The notes beneath the pieces were generated by a model. That model was given only the letters and a program-made list of their open reading frames with translations. It was not told the origin of the DNA and ran no database searches. 64,000 nucleotides of DNA. Origin: an uncultured Gemmatimonadota bacterium. Lineage in GTDB: Bacteria; Blakebacterota; Blakebacteria; Blakebacterales; CAYUVJ01. The stretch covers positions 5,476 to 69,475 of the forward strand of contig CAZFHZ010000001.1 of assembly GCA_964519015.1 (NCBI GenBank), given 5' to 3'. Below are positions 55,301 through 63,263 of the stretch, one piece after another. The position numbers and the translations under genes were made by a program. Position 1 is the first letter of the stretch. The number at the start of each line of letters is the position of its first letter.

Positions 55301-55454
55301 CCCGATCATGTGGAGCGCGGGGACGGGTGCCGACGTGATGCGCCGGATCGCGGCCCCGATGATCGGCGGGCTGGTCACCTCCTTCCTGCTCGAGCTGACC
55401 GTCTACCCCGCTATCTTCGCCGTCTGGAAGCGCCGCGGACTGCCGGCCGGCTGA
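52296..55454 (+). CDS. Heavy-metal-efflux RND permease (CusA/CzcA family).
   Basis: The 1052-aa protein has 12-TM RND architecture. It overlaps the adaptor gene end. Confidence 0.9.
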   Translation: MPVTEGSGLRGTGLLGRLIAGSARNPWLTVALAAGLGLWGWWAMRAAPLDAIPDLSDVQVIIQTEWGGRSPDLVEDQITYPITSRLVAAPRVRFVRGQSFFGVSFVYVVFEDGTDIYWARSRVLEYLNTVQADLPAGVAPTLGPDATGVGWVFQYALLDRTGGHDLQQLRSIQDWNVRFALESVEGVAEVGSIGGFVKEYQVLLDPVRLLGHSITLSEVIRAVRASNEDAGGHTIEIAGHEHMIRGRGYLRGLDDLGGIPLRATPDGTPVRLRDVAEVEIGPASRRGIAELDGQGEVAGGIVIMRYGENALRVIDRVKARLEEVRRSLPEGVELVVTYDRSELIKASIETLKRTLLEEMVIVSLVIFLFLMHARSALVPVIALPLAVLAAFVPMFYQGLTANIMSLGGIAVALGAMVDASIIIIENIHQRLSEWEERGRVEPRLEVLIGAMQEVGPSIFFSLLVITVSFLPVFTLQATEGRLFRPLAFTKTYSMGFAAILAVTLTPALAALLIRGRLRREEHDVLNRWLVRLYEPVVRIVIRWRWVVIAGALLLVTATIPVFLRLKSEFMPPLNEGAILYMPTSPPGMSATEAANALQLLDRELRRFPEVERVFGKMGRAQTATDPAPLDMAEITVVLKPRDQWRQGLTWDDLVREMDEEVRIPGMPNVWWMPIQTRTEMLATGIRSPLGIKVYGDDLETIERAARSVEDALADVPGTRSAYAERSTGGNYLDFDIDREAAARFGLSVADINEVIMTAVGGMSVTQTVEGRERYPVSIRYAREWRDEPDQLERILVPTPTGVQIPISQVARIVHRTGPPMIRSEDGKLLGFVFVDIADRPIADYVHQARRVVARDLTLPPGVRLEWAGQFTYLERAKQRLRLIVPITLALVLFLLYANTRSVTEAGIVLLAVPFSLVGAFWLLFLLGYHLSVAVWVGLIALAGLDAETGVVMLLYLKLAHRRRREEGRLATTADLTEAIVEGSARRIRPKLMTVLTTMIALLPIMWSAGTGADVMRRIAAPMIGGLVTSFLLELTVYPAIFAVWKRRGLPAG

Positions 55455-55555
55455 GCCCCTGGCCCGGATGGGGATACCAAGCGAAGGGCCCCCGGTCAGT
55501 CGACCGGGGGCCCTTCTCATGATCCGCCTGTCGGTGTGAGCCGATGGCTCATCCG

Positions 55556-57253
55556 TCAGGGCCGGATGGCGATCCCCGCGTTCTCCTCCAGCATGTAGGC
55601 GCTGGGTACGTCGGTCCCCATCAGCGTCTTGTACGACTGCTGGAGCAGCTGGATCGTGAAGACGGCGTTGTGAACCCCGTAGCTGTGGTCGTAGGAGACC
55701 GAAGCCAGGTTCCAGCCCGCCGCACGGATGGCCGCCAGGGGGTAGGTGGTGAGGTTCACCCCCGCCCAGGTGGCCGTGCTGTCGGTGGACCAGCCGGCGG
55801 CGATGAGGATGTCGTTGTCGGTCCCGGTGGTGTCCAGCCCGGTGGCGTAGAGCGCGTCCTCGAGCAGGGTCATCAGGCCGTGGACCTCGCTCTGCACCCC
55901 TTCGATCGCCCCGCTGCCGTCGAAGTCCTGCTTGGCGATGACATCGTCGAAGTCCGTCAGGACGCCGTGGCAGGGCTCACAGGCCTCCAGGCTCGGCTCG
56001 TACTTGTGCGAGCTGAAGCCGTTGGTGGCCGGCGGCTGGACCCCCTCGCCGTGCATGTGGCAGGTGGCGCAGGAGTCCTCGATGAGCAGGTGGTTCGAGG
56101 AGGAGAAGGTGAAGGTACCGCCGCTCGGATCGGCGTAGACGGCCGGGTAGAGGAAGGCGCCCTGGTTCCCGTGGTGCGGCCCGAAGTGCTCGCTGCCGCT
56201 GACCAGGGTTCCGGCGACCTGGCTGTCCGTACGGCGCCCGGTGTGGCAGTTCATGCAGATCGTGCCCAATCCGCCGTCGGTGATCACGACCCCGTTCGGA
56301 TTGGTGGCCGAGGCCACGCGCACCTGGTGGGTGTTGGCGGCGCTGTGCGGGTCGTGGCAGACCGAGCAACCGATAGGCTGGGCCGGGTTGGACGTGACAC
56401 TCACACCGTCGGCCTTCTGGACGAAGCCCGCCCCGTTGTGGCAGGCGGCGCATGAAGTGCTTCCGCCGTCACCCGGGTAGCCGACGACGGTCTCACCGGC
56501 GGCGTGCCCGGAGGCCGCCCAGTCGGTCCAGAAGGAAGTGCGGGTGCTGGTGTGGCAGGGCTCGCACACACTCGCATCCAGGGTGGCCGCGATCTGCGGG
56601 TCGTTGGCCTTGTCGGTGCTGGCCAGGTGGGCGCTGGCCGGACCGTGGCAGCTCTCACACTGGATGTTCTGAAGAGCTGCGATCGGGTTCTCGTCGTAGC
56701 CGCCGTTGTCGATCGTGGTGTCGTAGCCGACCGTGTGGCACTCCAGACAGTAGTCCGCGTGGAAGTCCTCATGCTTTCGATCGAACGCGTCGGAGTGCAT
56801 GGTGGTCATCCAGGCGGTGGTGGTCGCCGAATGACAGCCCGAGCACTGGGCCGCGCCCACGTAGTAGGGCTGGACCGTCGGGACGTAAACGCCGATCCCG
56901 ATGTCGATGCTGCCCGTGGTGATGTTCACGTCGTCGTCGACGCGGAGGGCGATCGAGACGATCCCTTCCGCTTCCGGTGCGGTCCAGACCACGGTGTCAT
57001 TGTCGGTGGTGCTGAACGACCCGCTGGGAGCGCTCCACTGGAAGTTGAGCCCATCCCCCTCGGGGTCGCTGGCGACCACGATCAGGGTGACCTGCTGGTT
57101 CTTGGTGGTGGTGGTCGTGCTTGCGGAGATCGAGGCGATGACCGGAGCCTCGTTGGTCGGGCCGCTCTCCTTCTTCTCGCAGCCCGTCAGACCCAGCGTC
57201 GCGATCGCCAGGGTCAGTACTCCCGCCGAGAGGAAACGGTACCGGTGATGCAT
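55556..57253 (-). CDS. Nonaheme c-type cytochrome lipoprotein with an N-terminal Ig/PKD-like domain.
   Basis: The lipobox is LTLAIATLGLTGC. Nine CxxCH motifs are present: CSGCH, CLECH, CESCH, CEPCH, CAACH, CSVCH, CMNCH, CATCH, CEPCH. Confidence 0.85.
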   Translation of the reverse strand: MHHRYRFLSAGVLTLAIATLGLTGCEKKESGPTNEAPVIASISASTTTTTKNQQVTLIVVASDPEGDGLNFQWSAPSGSFSTTDNDTVVWTAPEAEGIVSIALRVDDDVNITTGSIDIGIGVYVPTVQPYYVGAAQCSGCHSATTTAWMTTMHSDAFDRKHEDFHADYCLECHTVGYDTTIDNGGYDENPIAALQNIQCESCHGPASAHLASTDKANDPQIAATLDASVCEPCHTSTRTSFWTDWAASGHAAGETVVGYPGDGGSTSCAACHNGAGFVQKADGVSVTSNPAQPIGCSVCHDPHSAANTHQVRVASATNPNGVVITDGGLGTICMNCHTGRRTDSQVAGTLVSGSEHFGPHHGNQGAFLYPAVYADPSGGTFTFSSSNHLLIEDSCATCHMHGEGVQPPATNGFSSHKYEPSLEACEPCHGVLTDFDDVIAKQDFDGSGAIEGVQSEVHGLMTLLEDALYATGLDTTGTDNDILIAAGWSTDSTATWAGVNLTTYPLAAIRAAGWNLASVSYDHSYGVHNAVFTIQLLQQSYKTLMGTDVPSAYMLEENAGIAIRP

Positions 57254-57693
57254 ACGGGCCTCTTCAGGAATCGGGCGAGATCGCCGTTTGTCCGATCGGT
57301 TCCGCCTTCCCGGCGGCGGCGGCTCGCCTGTAGTGGAGCGCGCCGGTGGATGCCGGCCCCACCAGGGGAGCCGGACGGGAGGCGGTGTAGAACGAGGGCA
57401 CCATGGTACGCCCCACCCGAGGGGGCAAGAGTAAATTCAGTTAAGTCGGTCGCGTTATCCGATTATGGATCAGGGGCACCTCGTATCTACAGTAGGTTCG
57501 TTTGTTAGGATACCGTAATTCATTGTGTGGCAACGTCATACGCGGATTCTTAGCAAACCTAAGTACTGGAGTCTGTAGTCTTAATATGCCGTATTTAAGA
57601 GCGCTTTCCCATGTTTCGGGCCGCAGCGTCGACTCTTCCGAAGAGAGCAACCCGGAGCGAGCAACCCCGGGGCAGGTCGCGGAGAAAGCCCCC

Positions 57694-58815
57694 TCAGCGC
57701 GCCTGTTTGTGGAACCGCAGAGCGGCCAGCATCAGGGCCAGTGGACCGAGCACGAGCAGCCCGGCCGTCTCCACCGGGAAGGCCTCCAGGCCGCTCCCCT
57801 TGAGGAAGAGCTCCCGCACCACGGCCAGGAAATAGCGCACCGGGTTGAGCAGGGTGAGTTTCTGCAAGGCCGACGGCATGTTCGCGATCGGGAAGAAGAA
57901 GCCCGACATGATGATGGCGAACACGTTCACGAACCAGGCCATGAAGAGGGCCTGCTGCTGGGAGTGGGCCATGGTGGAGATGAGCAGCCCCAGGCTGAGC
58001 GTGTTGAGCAGGAAGAGGAGCGAGAAGGCGATCAGCAGGGCCCAGGAGCCGCGCATGGGTACCCGGTACCAGAGGAGCGCGACCGAGAGGGCCAGGGTCA
58101 GTACGAAGAAGGCGATGACCACGAAGGGGAGGGTCTTGCCGATCATGAGCTGCCAGGAACGGATCGGAGTGACCGAGAGCTGTTCCAGGGTCCCCTTCTC
58201 CCGTTCCCGCACCAGGCCCAGGCTGGTCAGCAGACTGGTGAGCATGGTCAGCAACATGACCACGATGCCCGGGACCATGTAGAAGCGGCTTTTCAACTCC
58301 GGGTTGTAATAGACCTGCACCCGGGGGATCAGGTCGGGCAGCGGCTGACCCTGGAGGCGTTCCCGTACCTGGTCGAGGGTGAAGTCCTCGACGATGCCGC
58401 GGGCGTGGGCGTAGGCGATGAGGGCGGCGTTGGAGTCCACCCCGTCCAGCAGGATCTGGACCCGGACCGGTTCCCAGCGGCCGAGGGCTCTCCCGAAGCC
58501 GGCCGGCACCACCAGCACCGCCGTCGCCGTCCCGGCATCCAGTTCGGCCCGCACCTGACCCGGCCCGGCGGCCACTCCTTCCAGATCGAAGGTCTCGTGG
58601 AAACGGAAACGCTCGATCAGCTGCCGGCTCTCCGGAGAATGGTCGTAGTCGAGCACCCGCAGGGGCAGATGCTTGACGTCCACGGTGACCGCGTAACCCA
58701 GCAGCAGGAGCATGAGGACCGGCATCAGCAGGATGATCCGGACCATCTGGTGGTCCCGCAGGACCTGCAGGAACTCCTTGCGGACCACGTGGCCGATGAC
58801 GCGGAGGGCGTTCAT
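57694..58815 (-). CDS. ABC-2 type transporter permease.
   Basis: The polytopic protein starts MNALRVIGHVVRKEFLQVLRDHQM, a typical ABC-2 N-terminus. Confidence 0.8.
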   Translation of the reverse strand: MNALRVIGHVVRKEFLQVLRDHQMVRIILLMPVLMLLLLGYAVTVDVKHLPLRVLDYDHSPESRQLIERFRFHETFDLEGVAAGPGQVRAELDAGTATAVLVVPAGFGRALGRWEPVRVQILLDGVDSNAALIAYAHARGIVEDFTLDQVRERLQGQPLPDLIPRVQVYYNPELKSRFYMVPGIVVMLLTMLTSLLTSLGLVREREKGTLEQLSVTPIRSWQLMIGKTLPFVVIAFFVLTLALSVALLWYRVPMRGSWALLIAFSLLFLLNTLSLGLLISTMAHSQQQALFMAWFVNVFAIIMSGFFFPIANMPSALQKLTLLNPVRYFLAVVRELFLKGSGLEAFPVETAGLLVLGPLALMLAALRFHKQAR

Positions 58816-58816
58816 C

Positions 58817-59929
58817 TCAGTCGAGCCGCGGGCGGAAGCGGATGATGCTGGCCAGGGTGAGCAGCACGGCGAAGCCGGCCAGGTAGATGCCGTACGACCA
58901 GAGGATGTCCGCCCCCAGTCCCTTCAGCAGCACCCCCCTCACGATGGGGATGAAATAGCGGGCGGGGACCGCGTGGCTGATCAGCTGGAGCAGCGGCGGC
59001 ATGCTCCGCAGCGGGAAGATGAAGTTGGAGAGCATGAAGGAGGGGAGCACGGTCACCAGCATGGCCACCAGCATGGCCAGCTGCTGCTGGCGGACCAGGG
59101 TGGAGATGAGCAGACCGATGGTCAGCGCCGCCAGCACGTAGAGGGTGGTGAAGCCCAGCAGCACCCAGAGACTGCCGCGCACCGGGACCCCGAACAGGAG
59201 CGCCCCGAAGATCAGGATGAAGGCGCCGTCGGCCAGCCCGAGCACCCCGTAGGGGAGCACCTTGCCGACCATGAGCTCACCTGAGCGGACCGGGCTGACC
59301 AGGAGCTGCTCCAGCGTACCGCTCTCCTTCTCCCGCACCACGGTCACGCTGGTGAGCATGGCCGCGGCCATCATCATGATGACCGCGATCAGGCCCGGCA
59401 CGATGAAGTGGCTGCTCTTCAGTTCGGGGTTGTACCAGTAGCGCGGTTCGAGTTCGACGGGGAGTTCCCCCCCCAGCCGCGCCAGCAGGATCCCACGGAT
59501 GCGTCGGGCCAGGATCCCCTGGGCGTACCCGAGGGCGACCGAAGCGGTGTTGCCGTTGGAGCCGTCCACCAGGAGCTGGACCGGCAGCGGGTCGGGCGTG
59601 TCCTCCCGCTCCCCGTAGCCGAGGGGGACCACCAGAGTGATGACCGTTTCCCTCCGCCGCATCCCCAGTTCGGCCTCCTCACCGTCGGGATAGCGCGCGA
59701 CCAGGATGAACTGGCCCGATTCGAGGAAGGCCTCGACCAGCTGCCGCGACTCGGGGGAGGCGTCGTGGTCCACCAGCCCGAAGGGGATGTCCTTGATGTC
59801 GAGGTTGATGGCGTAGCCGTAGAGGAAGGTCATGATGATGGGCATGACCAGGACGATGGCCAGGCTGCGGGGGTCCCGGAGGATGTGCCGGAACTCCTTG
59901 CCCATGACCGCCGCGATCCGCCCGAACAT
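58817..59929 (-). CDS. ABC-2 type transporter permease (second paralog).
   Basis: The internal start is MFGRIAAVMGKEFRHILRDPRS. The ORF-track 5' extension overlaps the ATPase gene. Confidence 0.8.
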   Translation of the reverse strand: MFGRIAAVMGKEFRHILRDPRSLAIVLVMPIIMTFLYGYAINLDIKDIPFGLVDHDASPESRQLVEAFLESGQFILVARYPDGEEAELGMRRRETVITLVVPLGYGEREDTPDPLPVQLLVDGSNGNTASVALGYAQGILARRIRGILLARLGGELPVELEPRYWYNPELKSSHFIVPGLIAVIMMMAAAMLTSVTVVREKESGTLEQLLVSPVRSGELMVGKVLPYGVLGLADGAFILIFGALLFGVPVRGSLWVLLGFTTLYVLAALTIGLLISTLVRQQQLAMLVAMLVTVLPSFMLSNFIFPLRSMPPLLQLISHAVPARYFIPIVRGVLLKGLGADILWSYGIYLAGFAVLLTLASIIRFRPRLD

Positions 59930-60669
59930 CACGCCCCCTCCCCGACCAGAGCCAGGAAGACCGCCTGCATGGATTCGACCTTGTGGCGCGCGCGCAGCTC
60001 GGCCGGAGGACCGACCCCCACGATCCGTCCCTCCCGCATTACGGCCACCCGGTGGCAGTATTCCGCCTCGTCCATGTAGTGGGTGGTCACCAGGACGGTG
60101 GTCCCCTCCTCGGCCAGACCACCGATGACCCGCCAGAAGGTCCGGCGGGCCACCGGGTCGACCGAAGCGGTCGCCTCGTCCAGGAAGAGGAGCGGCGGCC
60201 GGTGGACCAGGGCGCAGGCCAGCGCCAGGCGCTGGCGGTGACCGGCCGGCAGGGAGCCGGTCAATCGGCCCGCCATCTCCTCCAGACCGAACAGGCCGAG
60301 CAGTTCCTCCCTCCGCCGGGCCAGCGCCCGGCCGGCCAGCCCGTAGACCCCGCCGAAGAAGGTCAGGTTCTCCCGCACCGTGAGGTCCTCGTAGAGCGAG
60401 AACTTCTGCGACATGTAGCCCAGCCGCGGCTTGACCCGCTCGGGATAACGGTGGACCGGGACCCCCACCACCCACCCCTCCCCGGAGGTCGGCCGCAGCA
60501 GGCCGGTGAGCATCCGGATGATGGTCGTCTTCCCCGCCCCGTTGGCCCCCAGCAGCCCGAAGACCTCCCCCCGTCCGACCTCGAAGTCGACCGCGTCCAC
60601 GGCGGTGAAGCGTCCGAACCGCCGGGTCAGGGCGACGGCCCGGATGGCCGTCTCGGCCGGGGAGTTCAT
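59929..60669 (-). CDS. ABC transporter ATP-binding protein.
   Basis: The Walker A is GANGAGKTT. The signature is LSGGMKQ-like (LPAGHRQRLALA). The Walker B is LLFLDEAT. Confidence 0.85.
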   Translation of the reverse strand: MNSPAETAIRAVALTRRFGRFTAVDAVDFEVGRGEVFGLLGANGAGKTTIIRMLTGLLRPTSGEGWVVGVPVHRYPERVKPRLGYMSQKFSLYEDLTVRENLTFFGGVYGLAGRALARRREELLGLFGLEEMAGRLTGSLPAGHRQRLALACALVHRPPLLFLDEATASVDPVARRTFWRVIGGLAEEGTTVLVTTHYMDEAEYCHRVAVMREGRIVGVGPPAELRARHKVESMQAVFLALVGEGA

Positions 60670-61580
60670 GCGTCTTCCCCGGCGGTGGCGAGGGTGATGA
60701 AGATGTCTTCCAGCGAGGGGGGGACCGGCCGCAGACCGGTCACCGGCAGGCCGTGGGCACGCACCGCGGCGCCGATCTCCTCCGGGGAGGGAGCCCGGGC
60801 GGTCAGGGTGACGTGGAGCCGGGTCCCGAAGGGGACGACGTCCCGGACCCACGGCTGCCCGGTGAGCGCCTCCCGGACCCGGGCCAGCTCCGGCGTGTCC
60901 ACCTCCACCACCCGCAGCCCGCAGCGGGCCCGCAGCTCGGCGGGGGTCCCGCGGTCGAGCACCCGCCCCTCCCGGAGGAAGACGATCCGGTCGCAGCGGT
61001 CCGCCTCATCCATATAGGGCGTGCTCACCAGCAGGGCGGAACCCTCCCCTCTCAGGCTCATCAGGATCTCCCAGAACTCCGCCCGGGAGACCGGATCCAC
61101 CCCGGTCGTGGGTTCATCGAGCAGCAGGAAGCGGGGAGCGTGGACCAGGGTGCAGGCCAGAGCGAGTTTCTGCTTCATCCCCCCCGAGAGGGCGGCCGCC
61201 CGGCGCCGGCGGAAGGGCTCGAGCCGGGCGAAGTCGAGCAGCCGGGCGGTGCGCTCGCGGCGCAGCGCGCCCCGCACCCCGAAGAGGTGGGCGTAGAAGC
61301 GGAGGTTCTCATCGACGCTGAGGTCGGGATAGAGGCTGAAACGCTGCGGCATGTAGCCGATCCGTCCCCCGGTCGGCCGGCGCGCGGTCGTCTCCTCCGA
61401 GTCGATGAAGACCCGCCCGGAATCGGGTCGGAGCAGTCCGGTCAGCAACCGCATGACGGTGGTCTTGCCCGCTCCGTCCGGTCCGATCAGCCCGGTGATC
61501 TCCCCCTCGGGAACCCGGAGGTCGAGCCCGTGGAGGGCCCGCTCCCGGCCGTAGCTCTTGACGAGGGCCTCGGTGACGAG
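60666..61580 (-). CDS. ABC transporter ATP-binding protein (second ATPase).
   Basis: The Walker A is GPDGAGKTT. The signature is LSGGMKQKLALA. The Walker B is LLLDEPT. The GTG start was chosen just after the HlyD gene stop. Confidence 0.75.
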   Translation of the reverse strand, partial: LVTEALVKSYGRERALHGLDLRVPEGEITGLIGPDGAGKTTVMRLLTGLLRPDSGRVFIDSEETTARRPTGGRIGYMPQRFSLYPDLSVDENLRFYAHLFGVRGALRRERTARLLDFARLEPFRRRRAAALSGGMKQKLALACTLVHAPRFLLLDEPTTGVDPVSRAEFWEILMSLRGEGSALLVSTPYMDEADRCDRIVFLREGRVLDRGTPAELRARCGLRVVEVDTPELARVREALTGQPWVRDVVPFGTRLHVTLTARAPSPEEIGAAVRAHGLPVTGLRPVPPSLEDIFITLATAGEDA

Positions 61581-61587
61581 CACCGGC

Positions 61588-62520
61588 TCAACCTTCCGGG
61601 ACGATCTCGGGCAGGTCCACGTCGGCCGGCAGACCGATCTTGAGCAGCCCCTCCGGGTTGGCCAGGTGCACCTTGACCGCGTAGACCAGGTCCGCCCTCG
61701 CTTCGGCGGTCTGGACGTTCTTGGGGGTGAACTCCGCCTCCTCGGCGATGTGGACCACGGTTCCCTCGAAGGTTCGTCCCGGGTAGGCATCCACCCGGAT
61801 CGTGGCGGCCCCCCCCAGGCGGACCCGGCCGACCCGGTCGGCCGGCACGTAGACCCGCACGAACACCTCCGTCAGGTCGGCGATCCGGAGGATCCCCCTG
61901 CCCGGCGCGGCGACCTCACCCGCCTCCATATAGGTGGTCAGGACGGTACCGTCGCGGGGTGCCGTCACCCGGCACTCCCCGATCTGGCGCTGCAGGGAGG
62001 CGAGCTGGAGACCGATCTGCCGCTCCTGGACACGCAGGGCATCGAAAGCGGTCTCGGCCGCCGTCACCTGCTGCTGCGCCAGGGCCAGGGCGGTCTCCGC
62101 CTCGTCCAGCTGCGCCTGGGCGACGGCCTGGCTGGAACGGAGGGCGGCCAGCCGGTCGCGGTTGCGTAGCGCCTGCTCCCGCCGCTCGCCGGCCGAGGCC
62201 AGCGCCGTCTCGGCCTGACGGCGCTGCACGGCCACCCCGTCGAGGCCGGCCCGGGTCAGCGCCCGCGCCTCCACCAGCGCCGTCGAGTCGATCAGGGCCA
62301 GCACCTGCCCGGTGCGCACCCGGTCCCCCTCGGCCACCGGGCGGGCCAGCAGCCGGCCGCCGATGGTGGGGGCGATGACGACCTCATCGGCCTCGAGGGT
62401 GCCCGAGCCCCAGAGCAGCTGGGGAGCCGGCGGCGTGCAGCCGGCCAGGAAGAGGATCAGGAGGGCGGCGGCCGCGGCACCGGTGTTCGACCGGCGGGCA
62501 AGGGTCGGGATACGCATCAC
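61588..62520 (-). CDS. HlyD-family periplasmic adaptor / secretion protein.
   Basis: A signal/anchor is followed by a long coiled-coil (QAQLDEAETALALAQQQVTAAETA). A C-terminal beta-domain follows. Confidence 0.8.
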   Translation of the reverse strand: MMRIPTLARRSNTGAAAAALLILFLAGCTPPAPQLLWGSGTLEADEVVIAPTIGGRLLARPVAEGDRVRTGQVLALIDSTALVEARALTRAGLDGVAVQRRQAETALASAGERREQALRNRDRLAALRSSQAVAQAQLDEAETALALAQQQVTAAETAFDALRVQERQIGLQLASLQRQIGECRVTAPRDGTVLTTYMEAGEVAAPGRGILRIADLTEVFVRVYVPADRVGRVRLGGAATIRVDAYPGRTFEGTVVHIAEEAEFTPKNVQTAEARADLVYAVKVHLANPEGLLKIGLPADVDLPEIVPEG

Positions 62521-63161
62521 GAGACCTCCGTGGTAAGCAGACCGTGTTCGAGCAGGCGGGCCACCGCCGCCGGCCGCTCGTCCAGCAACCGGTCCATCTC
62601 GTCGGGGGAGAGTTCGGCCAGGTAGGCGACCAGCGGCCGGGCGATATGGGGGAAGAGGGCCAGGGAGATCAGGTGGAGGAAGACCTGGCGGGGATCCTCC
62701 TCCCGGATCTGTCCCCGTGCCATCATCTCCAGCAGCCCACTCAGTAATGCCCGGGGGTCCAGCGCCGGGACCTCGCGGCGGATATCCGTGACCACCGCGA
62801 TCACTTCCCGGGCGCCGGTGGCCATCTCGCGCAGCATGAGCGCTCGCATGTGGGGATGGTCGCGCAGGAAGCGGGAGTAGGCCCGGACGATCTCCATCAC
62901 CCGTTCCCGGGGCTCGCGGGTCGCGTCGGTGAAGGAGGGGATGACCTGGAGGATGATCTCCAGGAAGTGACTCTTGAGGGTCTCCCGGTAGAGGTGCCGC
63001 TTATCGCGGAAGTGGTAGTAGAGCATCGCTTTGTTGACCCCGGCGTCATCGGCGATGGCCTGGGTGCGGGCCCCGTCGTAGCCGCGCTCGGCGAAGTGCT
63101 CGGTGGCCGCCTTCAGGATCCGCTGGCGGGTGTCCCCTTCGCTTTTCGGGCTGTGCCCCAT
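62517..63161 (-). CDS. TetR/AcrR-family transcriptional regulator.
   Basis: The HTH block is TRQRILKAATEHFAERGYDGARTQAIADDAGVNKAMLYYHFRDK. Confidence 0.85.
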   Translation of the reverse strand: MGHSPKSEGDTRQRILKAATEHFAERGYDGARTQAIADDAGVNKAMLYYHFRDKRHLYRETLKSHFLEIILQVIPSFTDATREPRERVMEIVRAYSRFLRDHPHMRALMLREMATGAREVIAVVTDIRREVPALDPRALLSGLLEMMARGQIREEDPRQVFLHLISLALFPHIARPLVAYLAELSPDEMDRLLDERPAAVARLLEHGLLTTEVS

Positions 63162-63187
63162 GGCGGTCCTCCCGCTCCACAGTGGTC

Positions 63188-63207
63188 GTTTTCCATATTA
63201 ACTAACC
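63188..63207. promoter_or_regulatory. Near-perfect palindrome TTAACTAACCGGTTAGTCAA, candidate TetR operator.
   Basis: The palindrome lies 27 nt upstream of the TetR start. Its 10-bp perfect core is TAACCGGTTA. Confidence 0.5.
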
Positions 63208-63263
63208 GGTTAGTCAATATCCGTCAAGGCCTTTCTCCCCGGGGGTATCCGGCCCGGTCGCGT

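Noticed and set aside
57254-57693. tRNA or other structured RNA gene in the AT-rich spacer.
   Set aside because: I could fold no cloverleaf with a GTTCRANYC T-loop by eye. I kept it only as a region worth an Rfam scan.
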